A stretch of 32,000 bases of DNA from Mycobacterium tuberculosis H37Rv (GTDB lineage: Bacteria; Actinomycetota; Actinomycetes; Mycobacteriales; Mycobacteriaceae), in the NCBI RefSeq assembly GCF_000195955.2, contig NC_000962.3:1110001-1142000 (forward strand), given 5' to 3'. The notes beneath the pieces are model-generated. The model worked only from the letters and a program-made list of their open reading frames with translations, was not told the DNA's origin and did no database searches. This document shows positions 1-10,021 of this stretch, piece after piece. Made by a program: the position numbers and the translations under genes. Positions within the stretch are counted from its first letter, which is position 1, and every line of letters starts with the position of its first letter.

Positions 1-192
1 ACCGATGCGATCGCGCTGCTGATTGCCGAGGGCCATCCCGTCCATGTCGTCGTCCACCAAGGGTCCCGACACGACCTGGGAAATCCGGGCGGGTACCTCA
101 AGGCTGCGGTTGACTTTGCATTGGATCGTGACGACTACGGCCCGGACTTGCGGCGATGGTTGGTGGCGCGACTGGGTCTGACAGAGCAGTAG
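1..192 (+). CDS. galU: UTP-glucose-1-phosphate uridylyltransferase, C-terminal end only (5' truncated by window)
   Basis: Open frame from base 1 (TDAIALLIAEGHPVHVVVHQGSRHDLGNPGGYLKAAVDFALDRDDYGPDLRRWLVARLGLTEQ) ending at TAG 190-192; GNPxGY(L/V)KA...FAL resembles the GalU C-terminus; position directly upstream of moeA1. Confidence 0.85.
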   Translation, partial: TDAIALLIAEGHPVHVVVHQGSRHDLGNPGGYLKAAVDFALDRDDYGPDLRRWLVARLGLTEQ

Positions 193-268
193 CCTGGCGA
201 CGATACGGCACGGACGGTTCCGGGGTGGGGGATGCCCGGCCCCATGGCTCGACGGAAAGGCGGGCGCT

Positions 269-1549
269 GTGCGTTCTGTGGAGGAGCAGCAGGCTCGGAT
301 ATCGGCCGCTGCGGTAGCCCCGAGGCCGATACGCGTTGCGATCGCCGAGGCGCAGGGATTGATGTGCGCCGAAGAAGTGGTCACCGAACGTCCAATGCCC
401 GGTTTTGATCAGGCCGCCATCGACGGCTACGCGGTGCGCAGTGTCGATGTGGCCGGTGTCGGTGATACCGGTGGTGTCCAAGTCTTTGCCGACCACGGCG
501 ATCTTGACGGTCGCGACGTGCTGACCCTACCGGTGATGGGAACCATCGAAGCCGGAGCGCGCACCCTGAGCAGGTTGCAGCCTCGCCAAGCGGTCCGGGT
601 GCAGACCGGCGCGCCGCTTCCCACCCTGGCCGATGCGGTCCTGCCGTTGCGGTGGACCGATGGCGGAATGTCTCGGGTGCGGGTGCTGCGCGGGGCGCCG
701 TCGGGCGCCTACGTGCGGCGTGCGGGCGACGACGTGCAGCCCGGTGATGTGGCGGTGCGCGCGGGGACGATCATCGGCGCAGCCCAGGTGGGGTTGCTGG
801 CGGCGGTCGGCCGTGAACGGGTGCTGGTGCACCCTCGTCCGCGGCTGTCGGTGATGGCCGTCGGGGGCGAGTTGGTCGACATCTCGCGGACCCCGGGCAA
901 CGGGCAGGTTTATGACGTCAACTCCTATGCCTTGGCTGCGGCGGGCCGGGATGCCTGTGCGGAGGTGAACCGGGTTGGCATCGTCAGCAACGACCCTACG
1001 GAACTTGGCGAAATCGTCGAGGGCCAGCTCAATCGGGCTGAGGTCGTGGTGATCGCCGGCGGGGTGGGCGGTGCGGCGGCAGAAGCGGTCAGGTCGGTGC
1101 TTTCCGAGCTCGGTGAGATGGAGGTCGTGCGGGTCGCCATGCATCCGGGATCCGTGCAGGGCTTCGGACAGCTCGGCCGTGATGGTGTACCGACCTTTCT
1201 GCTGCCGGCCAACCCGGTCAGCGCCCTGGTGGTCTTCGAGGTGATGGTTCGGCCGCTGATCCGGCTGTCGCTGGGTAAACGGCATCCGATGCGACGGATC
1301 GTGTCGGCGCGCACGCTGTCGCCGATCACGTCGGTGGCCGGGCGCAAGGGCTACCTGCGTGGCCAGTTGATGCGTGATCAGGACAGCGGCGAGTACCTGG
1401 TGCAGGCGCTGGGCGGCGCTCCGGGGGCGTCATCGCACCTGCTCGCGACGCTTGCCGAAGCGAACTGTCTGGTTGTGGTTCCCACCGGGGCCGAGCAGAT
1501 TCGCACGGGTGAGATCGTGGATGTCGCCTTCCTGGCTCAGCACGGCTGA
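269..1549 (+). CDS. moeA1: Molybdopterin molybdenumtransferase MoeA
   Basis: 426-aa ORF, GTG start; MoeA motifs PMPGFDQAAIDGYAVR, VRVQTGAPLPTLADAVLP, VMAVGGELVD...NGQVYDVNSYAL, MHPGSVQGFGQLG...FLLPANPVSALVVFEVMVRP. Confidence 0.95.
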   Translation: MRSVEEQQARISAAAVAPRPIRVAIAEAQGLMCAEEVVTERPMPGFDQAAIDGYAVRSVDVAGVGDTGGVQVFADHGDLDGRDVLTLPVMGTIEAGARTLSRLQPRQAVRVQTGAPLPTLADAVLPLRWTDGGMSRVRVLRGAPSGAYVRRAGDDVQPGDVAVRAGTIIGAAQVGLLAAVGRERVLVHPRPRLSVMAVGGELVDISRTPGNGQVYDVNSYALAAAGRDACAEVNRVGIVSNDPTELGEIVEGQLNRAEVVVIAGGVGGAAAEAVRSVLSELGEMEVVRVAMHPGSVQGFGQLGRDGVPTFLLPANPVSALVVFEVMVRPLIRLSLGKRHPMRRIVSARTLSPITSVAGRKGYLRGQLMRDQDSGEYLVQALGGAPGASSHLLATLAEANCLVVVPTGAEQIRTGEIVDVAFLAQHG

Positions 1550-1611
1550 GCCGAACCACGGCGACTCTGGTGAACTTATGGCGCTCGAATCCCCGGCATC
1601 CGGGATGGCCG

Positions 1612-2223
1612 ATGGCCGTCGGGCCGCTGCGGGTCTCGGCAGGCGTGATTCGGCTGCGGCCGGTGCGGATGCGTGACGGCGTGCATTGGAGCCGGATCCG
1701 GTTGGCCGACCGTGCACATCTTGAGCCGTGGGAGCCCAGCGCGGACGGCGAGTGGACCGTCCGGCACACGGTTGCTGCCTGGCCGGCGGTGTGTTCGGGT
1801 CTGCGTTCGGAGGCTCGCAACGGCCGCATGCTGCCGTACGTGATCGAGCTGGATGGGCAGTTCTGCGGCCAGTTGACCATCGGCAATGTCACCCACGGGG
1901 CCTTGCGGTCGGCCTGGATCGGCTATTGGGTACCAAGCGCGGCCACTGGCGGAGGGGTGGCCACCGGAGCGTTGGCGTTGGGTCTCGACCACTGCTTCGG
2001 TCCGGTCATGCTGCATCGAGTCGAGGCCACCGTGCGCCCGGAGAATGCGGCCAGTCGCGCCGTGCTGGCAAAGGTTGGCTTCCGCGAGGAGGGGCTGTTG
2101 CGCCGTTACCTTGAGGTTGACCGGGCATGGCGAGACCATCTGTTGATGGCGATCACCGTCGAAGAGGTTTACGGGTCGGTGGCCTCGACGCTGGTCCGTG
2201 CCGGGCATGCCAGCTGGCCCTAA
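1612..2223 (+). CDS. rimJ: GNAT-family ribosomal-protein-alanine N-acetyltransferase (RimJ-like)
   Basis: RLRPVRMRDGVHW...RLAD...WVPSAATGGGVATGALALGLDHCFGPVMLHRVEATVRPENAASRAVLAKVGFREEGLLRRYLEVDRAWRDHLLMAI, a typical RimJ/RimL GNAT fold. The ORF opens at 1570; the ATG at 1612 (203 aa) is the more likely start. Confidence 0.88.
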   Translation: MAVGPLRVSAGVIRLRPVRMRDGVHWSRIRLADRAHLEPWEPSADGEWTVRHTVAAWPAVCSGLRSEARNGRMLPYVIELDGQFCGQLTIGNVTHGALRSAWIGYWVPSAATGGGVATGALALGLDHCFGPVMLHRVEATVRPENAASRAVLAKVGFREEGLLRRYLEVDRAWRDHLLMAITVEEVYGSVASTLVRAGHASWP

Positions 2224-2383
2224 CGCGGAATCGCAACCAAACTGTGACTGGCGCGACACGTGTGGCGTGTGGTGCTTGTGAGAGATGAATTACAGGTGTG
2301 TAATTGCCCTGGGCGCTTTGACCCGGCCGCGCTGGCCAACGATGGGGCCTCGCGGGGATCGGAACCGAAGAGAGCAGGTCATC

Positions 2384-3460
2384 ATGCCAAGCATCCCGCA
2401 GTCGTTGTTGTGGATATCGCTCGTGGTGCTCTGGCTGTTCGTGCTGGTTCCCATGCTGATCAGCAAACGTGATGCCGTTCGGCGCACCAGCGATGTGGCT
2501 TTGGCGACTCGGGTACTCAACGGTGGCGCTGGTGCGCGCCTGCTCAAGCGAGGTGGTCCCGCCGCGGGACATCGCTGGGGGTACCTCCCGCCCGAAGGGC
2601 AGGGGGACGACCCGGACTGGAAGCCGGAGGAAGACTGGCGCGACGACCCGGTCGAGGACGGGTTCGCCGACGTCGAGCATGACATCGACGAGGACCAGGA
2701 GGCCGACGATGCGCGCCGTCGGGGTGCGGTTGTCATGAAGGTTGCCGCTCCGCAGACCGCAGGTGCCGACGAGCCGGACTACTTAGACGTCGATGTGGTC
2801 GAAGAAGACTCGGAGGCGCTTCCGGTGGGGGCTGGCGCTGCGGTCGGCGAGTCCGCCGACGAGGCCGATGCCGAAGCTGCTGACGGAGTTGCGGGCCACG
2901 CCGACCCGGAGGCCGACCCGGTCGAATACGAATACGAATACGAATACGTCGAGGACACCTGCGGTTTGGAGCTCGAGGAGGACGACCAGGAAGCGCCACC
3001 GACCGTCGCATCCGGCACGTCACGGCGGCGCCGATTCGACACCAAGACCGCCGCCGCGGTCAGCGCCCGCAAGTACACCTTCCGCAAACGTGCGTTGATC
3101 GTGATGGCGGTGATCCTGGTTGGCTCTGCCGCCGCGGCCTTCGAGCTGACCCCGGTCGCGTGGTGGATCTGTGGTAGCGCCACCGGTGTGACGGTGCTCT
3201 ACCTGGCATATTTGCGTCGGCAAACCCGCATCGAGGAGAAGGTGCGTCGGCGGCGGATGCAGCGGATCGCGCGGGCGCGGCTCGGTGTAGAGAACACCCG
3301 TGACCGCGAGTACGATGTGGTGCCGTCGCGGCTGCGCCGTCCGGGCGCGGTGGTCCTGGAGATCGACGACGAGGACCCGATCTTCACGCACCTGGAGAGC
3401 GCGGCCCCGATACGGAACTACGGCTGGCCCAGGGACCTGCCCCGGGCGGTGGGTCAGTAG
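2384..3460 (+). CDS. Conserved membrane protein with N-terminal TM, long acidic linker and a TM pair near the middle/C-terminal region (Rv0996-like)
   Basis: MPSIPQSLLWISLVVLWLFVLVPMLISKRDAVRRT...; Asp/Glu-rich middle (EYEYEYEYVEDTCGLELEEDDQEA); RKRALIVMAVILVGSAAAAFELTPVAWWICGSATGVTVLYLAYLRRQTR. ORF opens at 2285; the 2384 ATG follows an RBS-like GAGCAGG and begins just before the TM segment. Confidence 0.85.
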   Translation: MPSIPQSLLWISLVVLWLFVLVPMLISKRDAVRRTSDVALATRVLNGGAGARLLKRGGPAAGHRWGYLPPEGQGDDPDWKPEEDWRDDPVEDGFADVEHDIDEDQEADDARRRGAVVMKVAAPQTAGADEPDYLDVDVVEEDSEALPVGAGAAVGESADEADAEAADGVAGHADPEADPVEYEYEYEYVEDTCGLELEEDDQEAPPTVASGTSRRRRFDTKTAAAVSARKYTFRKRALIVMAVILVGSAAAAFELTPVAWWICGSATGVTVLYLAYLRRQTRIEEKVRRRRMQRIARARLGVENTRDREYDVVPSRLRRPGAVVLEIDDEDPIFTHLESAAPIRNYGWPRDLPRAVGQ

Positions 3461-3510
3461 GGCGCGCAGTTCGGCCATCGGCGCCGCTGCTGGTAGCCTG
3501 CTACCGATCA

Positions 3511-3586
3511 GGGGCTATGGCGCAGTTGGTAGCGCGACTCGTTCGCATCGAGTAGGTCAGGGGTTCGAATCCCCTTAGCTCCACCA
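3511..3586 (+). tRNA. alaU: tRNA-Ala, anticodon CGC, encoded CCA
   Basis: GGGGCTA ... anticodon stem ACTCG, loop TTCGCAT, stem CGAGT; T-arm CAGGGGTTCGAATCCCCT region; acceptor TAGCTCC, discriminator A, then CCA at 3584-3586. 76 nt including CCA. Confidence 0.96.
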
Positions 3587-3782
3587 TCTAATCAGTAGCC
3601 ATCGGCAGCCTCGTTGGCTGTGCCGCCGCGGACGTGGTTGAGACGGCGAGCACAGCCCTCGGGGCAATCCTGGCAGGTCGCAATGCGGTGGTGCCGCCAC
3701 GGTGTCCACGTCGAGGCGCCGGCCTTGTGGTACCGGTAAAGTGCTGTGGCGACCGCGATCTGGCGCGAAGCCTGATGAAGAT

Positions 3783-3804
3783 CGAATATTCGGCTGAATA
3801 TTCG
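3783..3804. promoter_or_regulatory. Perfect inverted repeat CGAATATTC-GGCT-GAATATTCG (putative operator)
   Basis: 9-bp arms with 4-nt spacer; each arm also contains the self-palindrome GAATATTC. AT-rich in a GC-rich background, 57 bp upstream of the ORF at 3861. Confidence 0.5.
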
Positions 3805-3860
3805 CTAAGACATGTGTGGCGGCGTCCGATCCTGTCACAACCTGCCCCTAGGGTCGGTGC

Positions 3861-4112
3861 ATGAGCACGAAATACTACCTGCAGAAGGTCCCTGTCGAAG
3901 CCGTCCAGCCGGGCTTTTCGCTGGCCATTCCACACGATGGCGACTATCGCCTTTTCCAGGTCGACTGCACGCAAATGTGCCAGCGAAGTGGCCAGCCGGT
4001 GATGATCAGACTCATGTCGGAGTCCGTCGATGGTGGCCAGCCGTGGGTCTTGGAATATGAAGCGGGCACGGCGGTAATCCGGCTTCTCGGTGTTTGCCAG
4101 GCCGCTTCGTAG
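3861..4112 (+). CDS. Small hypothetical protein (82 aa according to the track), likely missed by some annotations
   Basis: MSTKYYLQKVPVEAVQPGFSLAIPHDGDYRLFQVDCTQMCQRSGQPVMIRLMSESVDGGQPWVLEYEAGTAVIRLLGVCQAAS. Residue composition looks like a folded protein and is not the Arg/Pro/Ala-rich composition of high-GC shadow ORFs. No competing long ORF. Confidence 0.6.
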   Translation: MSTKYYLQKVPVEAVQPGFSLAIPHDGDYRLFQVDCTQMCQRSGQPVMIRLMSESVDGGQPWVLEYEAGTAVIRLLGVCQAAS

Positions 4113-4127
4113 GGTGGCGTGTGCTCG

Positions 4128-5749
<1,622 letters not shown>

Positions 5750-5865
5750 TCACCGACCCCGGGTCGGTGCGTCCGCCGCTGGCACCGCAGTTCGCCGCTG
5801 ATCTGCTAGTCAAAACGGTGTCGACGTTGCGCAGCTCAGGGGCTGCGTTGGGTAGATTGACCACG

Positions 5866-6525
5866 ATGCGCAAGGCGGTACTGGCAGTCGGATCGGTGTG
5901 CTGGCTTGTCGGCTGCTCATCAGGGGCCAGCTCCACCACCGCCTCGACCGGCGACATCGCCAAGGTGGCCGAAGTGAAGTCGGGCTTTGGACCTGAATAC
6001 ACCGTCACCGATGTCACTCCCAGGGCCATCGATCCCGGGTTCTTTTCCGCCCGCAAACTGCCCGACGGGCTGAGTTTCGATCCGGCGAACTGTGCGCAAG
6101 TGGCGGCCGGGCCCCAGCTGCCGACCGGGTTGCAGGGCAACATGGCCGCCGTCTCCGCCGAGGGCAACGGCAACCGGTTCGTCGTCATCGCGGTGGAGAC
6201 GTCCCAGCCGCTGCCGGCCCCCAGCCCCGGGAAAGACTGCAGCAAGGTGACTTTTTCCGGGACGCAGCTGCGGGGCGGCATCGAGGTGGTCGATGTACCG
6301 CACATCGACGGGACACAGACGCTGGGCGTGCATCGCGTGTTGCAGGCGGTCGTCGGCGGGTCAGCGCGCACCGGCGAGCTCTATGACTATTCCGCTCGGT
6401 TCGGGGACTACCAGGTGATTGTCATCGCCAATCCACTGGTAATCCCTGGACGGCCGGTTGCGCGGGTCGATACGCAACGCGCCCGCGATCTGCTCGTACA
6501 GGCGGTGGCCGCGGTCCGGGGTTGA
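5866..6525 (+). CDS. Putative secreted lipoprotein, unknown function (Rv0999-like)
   Basis: The ORF opens at 5767 (252 aa), but from ATG 5866 it reads MRKAVLAVGSVCWLVGCSSGASSTT..., a short signal peptide with lipobox LVGC. The remainder is an Ala/Gly-rich extracytoplasmic-type domain. Confidence 0.8.
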   Translation: MRKAVLAVGSVCWLVGCSSGASSTTASTGDIAKVAEVKSGFGPEYTVTDVTPRAIDPGFFSARKLPDGLSFDPANCAQVAAGPQLPTGLQGNMAAVSAEGNGNRFVVIAVETSQPLPAPSPGKDCSKVTFSGTQLRGGIEVVDVPHIDGTQTLGVHRVLQAVVGGSARTGELYDYSARFGDYQVIVIANPLVIPGRPVARVDTQRARDLLVQAVAAVRG

Positions 6526-6530
6526 CCGAG

Positions 6531-7148
6531 TTAGCGGACGTCGCGCGGCCGGAACTGGATGCTCACGCGCGGACCCGTCGGCGCCGATGTCTTGGGCACC
6601 GCATGCTCGAAGGTGCGTTGACACGATCCGCCCATCACCAATAGATCGCCATGCGCCAACGGCAGTCGCAACGATGGACCGCGGCCACGCGGCCGCAGCG
6701 CGAAGACGCGGGTGGCGCCGAGGCTGACGATCGCCACCATAGTGTCCTCAGTGCTGCCGCGACCAATGGTGTCGCCATGCCAGGCGACGCTGTCAGAGCC
6801 GTCGCGGTAGTAGCACAGCCCGGCGGTGGTGAAGGGCTCACCCAGTTCGCCGCCGTAGATGTCGTTGAGCCGCCGGCGCATCCGCGCCAGCTGCGGATGC
6901 GGCGGATCTTCGATGGTCAGGTCGTGAAAACTCACCAGCCGCGGCACATCGACCACCCGGTCGTACATCTGACGGCGCTCGGCTCGCCACGGCACCGTCG
7001 ACAACAACGCGTCCAGCAGTTCTTCGCCGCCGGTCAGCCAGCCCGAACGGATGTCGATAAAGGCTCCGTCGCCGAGCTGTCTTCGCTCGTTGTGCTCGAA
7101 GAGCGCGCCTTGAACCGCGATCGCCACGCCGCCAAGCTTATCGCACAT
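6531..7148 (-). CDS. AlkB-like 2-oxoglutarate/Fe(II)-dependent dioxygenase
   Basis: 205-aa ORF; YRDGSDSVAWHGDTIGRG (HxD), MVAIVSLGATRVFALRPR, HGDLLVMGGSCQRTFEHAVPKT...GPRVSIQFRPRDVR (distal His and RxxxxxR). Confidence 0.88.
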   Translation of the reverse strand: MCDKLGGVAIAVQGALFEHNERRQLGDGAFIDIRSGWLTGGEELLDALLSTVPWRAERRQMYDRVVDVPRLVSFHDLTIEDPPHPQLARMRRRLNDIYGGELGEPFTTAGLCYYRDGSDSVAWHGDTIGRGSTEDTMVAIVSLGATRVFALRPRGRGPSLRLPLAHGDLLVMGGSCQRTFEHAVPKTSAPTGPRVSIQFRPRDVR

Positions 7149-7184
7149 TCGTTCGATGGCGCCGCCCCGGCTACGGTTTGACCT

Positions 7185-8393
7185 GTGGGTGTCGAATTGG
7201 GGTCAAATTCCGAGGTCGGCGCGCTAAGAGTGGTCATCCTGCACCGCCCGGGGGCCGAACTGCGCCGGCTCACACCGCGCAACACCGACCAGCTGCTGTT
7301 CGACGGCCTGCCCTGGGTATCCCGCGCGCAGGACGAGCACGACGAATTCGCCGAGCTGCTGGCTTCCCGCGGTGCGGAAGTGCTGTTGCTGTCGGACCTG
7401 TTGACTGAGGCACTACATCACAGCGGGGCCGCCCGCATGCAGGGGATCGCCGCTGCCGTCGACGCACCGCGGCTGGGACTGCCGCTGGCGCAAGAGCTTT
7501 CGGCCTACCTGCGTAGTCTCGACCCAGGCAGGTTGGCGCATGTGCTGACGGCCGGCATGACCTTCAACGAGCTCCCGTCGGACACGCGGACCGACGTGTC
7601 GTTGGTGTTGCGTATGCACCATGGCGGAGACTTCGTCATTGAGCCGTTGCCGAACCTGGTGTTCACCCGCGACTCGTCGATATGGATCGGGCCGCGGGTG
7701 GTGATCCCGTCGCTGGCATTACGGGCACGGGTGCGCGAAGCGTCGCTGACCGACCTCATCTATGCTCATCACCCGCGGTTCACCGGTGTGCGGCGTGCCT
7801 ATGAATCGCGCACCGCTCCGGTCGAGGGTGGCGACGTGTTGTTGCTCGCCCCGGGTGTGGTCGCTGTCGGAGTGGGCGAGCGGACTACACCAGCAGGCGC
7901 GGAAGCATTGGCGCGCAGCCTTTTTGACGATGATCTTGCGCATACCGTGCTCGCCGTGCCGATCGCTCAGCAGCGCGCGCAAATGCATCTGGACACGGTG
8001 TGCACGATGGTCGACACCGATACGATGGTGATGTACGCCAACGTTGTCGACACGCTCGAGGCGTTCACGATCCAGCGCACACCCGACGGCGTGACCATCG
8101 GCGATGCGGCCCCGTTCGCGGAGGCGGCTGCCAAGGCGATGGGAATCGACAAGCTGCGGGTAATTCATACCGGAATGGACCCCGTCGTCGCTGAACGCGA
8201 ACAGTGGGACGACGGCAACAACACGTTGGCGTTGGCGCCCGGTGTCGTTGTCGCCTACGAGCGCAACGTACAGACCAACGCCCGCCTGCAGGACGCGGGC
8301 ATCGAAGTGCTTACCATCGCCGGCTCCGAATTGGGTACCGGCCGTGGCGGGCCCCGCTGCATGTCCTGTCCGGCCGCCCGCGATCCGCTTTAG
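7185..8393 (+). CDS. arcA: Arginine deiminase
   Basis: 402 aa; [114 protein letters not shown] (catalytic Cys region). Confidence 0.96.
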
Positions 8394-8405
8394 GAGTGGC
8401 GATTT

Positions 8406-8423
8406 CGGCGCCTGGCGGCGCCG
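8406..8423. terminator. Short hairpin CGGCGCC-TGGC-GGCGCCG between convergent arcA and PMT genes
   Basis: Perfect 7-bp stem, 4-nt loop, in the 34-bp gap between the two stop codons; no U-tract on the plus strand, so terminator function is only a guess. Confidence 0.3.
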
Positions 8424-8427
8424 CAGA

Positions 8428-9996
8428 TCACCGCCAGCTGGGCAGCCAGATCTCCAGGTTCCAGGTCTGTTGTGAGATTGGCAGACCGGTGAGCACCGGA
8501 TACAGCCACGCAAAGTTCGTCACCACGAGGGCCACGTAGCAGCAGACGACGATCAGCCCCAGTGTGCGTCGTTCGGAGCCCTGACCGGGGTGATAGAGGA
8601 TATCGCCGAGAACCAGCGAAATGCCCATCACCAGAAATGGCGCCATGGTCGCTGCGTAGAAGAAGTACATCTGCCGGTCGATGTCGGCGAACCACGGCAG
8701 CCAACCGGCGCAGTAGCCGACCAGGACCACCGCATAACGCCAGTCCCGGCGCACAAACATACGCCACCCCGCGTATGCCAGGACTGGCACCGCCAGCCAC
8801 CACATCGCGGGCGTGCCGACCAGCATCTCGGCCTTGACGCACGACTGTGCGCCGCAGCCTGCAACGTCTTGCTGGTCGATGGCGTACAGCACCGGCCGCA
8901 ACGACATGGGCCAGGTCCACGGTTTGGATTCCCAAGGGTGGTAGTTGCCTGCGGAATTCGTCAGGCCCGCGTGGAAGTGGAACGCTTTGGCGGTGTAGTG
9001 CCAGAGCGAGCGCACGGCGTCGGGCAGCGGAACAACCGAGTTGCGACCGACCGCTTGACCGACCGCATGCCGATCGATCGCGGTCTCGGACGCGAACCAC
9101 GGAGCGTAGGTGGCCAGATAGACCGCGAACGGGATCAACCCCAGCGCATACCCGCTGGGAAGCACGTCACGCCGCACTGTCCCCAGCCACGGTCTTTGCA
9201 CTTGGTACTGACGTCGCGCCGCCACGTCGAACGCCAGCGCCATCGCGCCGAAGAACAGCACGAAGTACACGCCGGACCACTTGGTGGCGCAAGCCAATCC
9301 CAGCAGCACCCCGGCGCCGAACCGCCACCAGCGCACACCCACCCGCGGTCCCCACACGGTGGCGGCGCTGCGGCCGGCCAGCAGAGCGATGTGCATCCGT
9401 TCGCGAACCTGATCGCGGTCGACGATGAGCGCGCCGAACGCCGCGACGACGAAGAACGTCAGGAAGCCGTCCAGCAGCGCGGTCCGCGCGGTGACGAAGC
9501 TGACCCCGTCGCAGATCAGCAGCACCCCGGCGATGGCGCCGACCAATGTCGACCGGCTGATCCGCCGCACGATCCGCACCACCAGCGCCACCAGGACCAC
9601 ACCCAGCAGGGCGCCGGTGAACCGCCAGCCGAATCCGTTGTAACCGAAGATGGCCTCCCCGATCGCGATCAGCTGCTTACCGACCGGCGGGTGAACCACC
9701 AGGCCGTACCCGGGGTTGTCTTCCACCCCATGGTTGTTCAGCACCTGCCAGGCCTGGGGTGCGTAATGCTTCTCGTCGAAGATGGGGGTGCCGGCATCGG
9801 TCAGCGAGCCCAGGTTCAGGAACCGGGTCACCGTGGCCAGCAGCGTGATCAGGCCGGTCACGATCCAGCCGCGTAACCGGTCCAGGGGCCCGAAATCCGC
9901 GACCGGCACCAGCGGGCCGGGGCTGACGACGGGTACCACAGGCTCCTCGGGGCGGTCCTTGGCCAGGACACAGGATTCTGGGGGCCGGGCGGTCAT
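8428..9996 (-). CDS. pmt: Polyprenyl-phosphomannose-protein mannosyltransferase (PMT, GT39)
   Basis: GTPIFDEKHYAPQAWQVL, GYGLVVHPPVGKQLIAIGEAIFGYNGFGWRFTGALLG, ATRRQYQ..., HPWESKPWTWPMSLRPVLYAI, many TM segments. The ORF opens at 10248; candidate starts are ATG 10023, ATG 9996 and GTG 9939. Confidence 0.92.
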   Translation of the reverse strand: MTARPPESCVLAKDRPEEPVVPVVSPGPLVPVADFGPLDRLRGWIVTGLITLLATVTRFLNLGSLTDAGTPIFDEKHYAPQAWQVLNNHGVEDNPGYGLVVHPPVGKQLIAIGEAIFGYNGFGWRFTGALLGVVLVALVVRIVRRISRSTLVGAIAGVLLICDGVSFVTARTALLDGFLTFFVVAAFGALIVDRDQVRERMHIALLAGRSAATVWGPRVGVRWWRFGAGVLLGLACATKWSGVYFVLFFGAMALAFDVAARRQYQVQRPWLGTVRRDVLPSGYALGLIPFAVYLATYAPWFASETAIDRHAVGQAVGRNSVVPLPDAVRSLWHYTAKAFHFHAGLTNSAGNYHPWESKPWTWPMSLRPVLYAIDQQDVAGCGAQSCVKAEMLVGTPAMWWLAVPVLAYAGWRMFVRRDWRYAVVLVGYCAGWLPWFADIDRQMYFFYAATMAPFLVMGISLVLGDILYHPGQGSERRTLGLIVVCCYVALVVTNFAWLYPVLTGLPISQQTWNLEIWLPSWR

Positions 9997-10021
9997 CGGT
10001 GTCGATCGTAGGCTGTCCGTC

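Noticed and set aside
527-1285. 252-aa minus-strand ORF within moeA1
   Set aside because: Shadow ORF antisense to conserved MoeA sequence.
8590-9876. 428-aa plus-strand ORF antisense to the protein mannosyltransferase
   Set aside because: High-GC shadow ORF: rich in His/Arg/Gln/Gly, no domain, fully antisense to a well-supported membrane enzyme.
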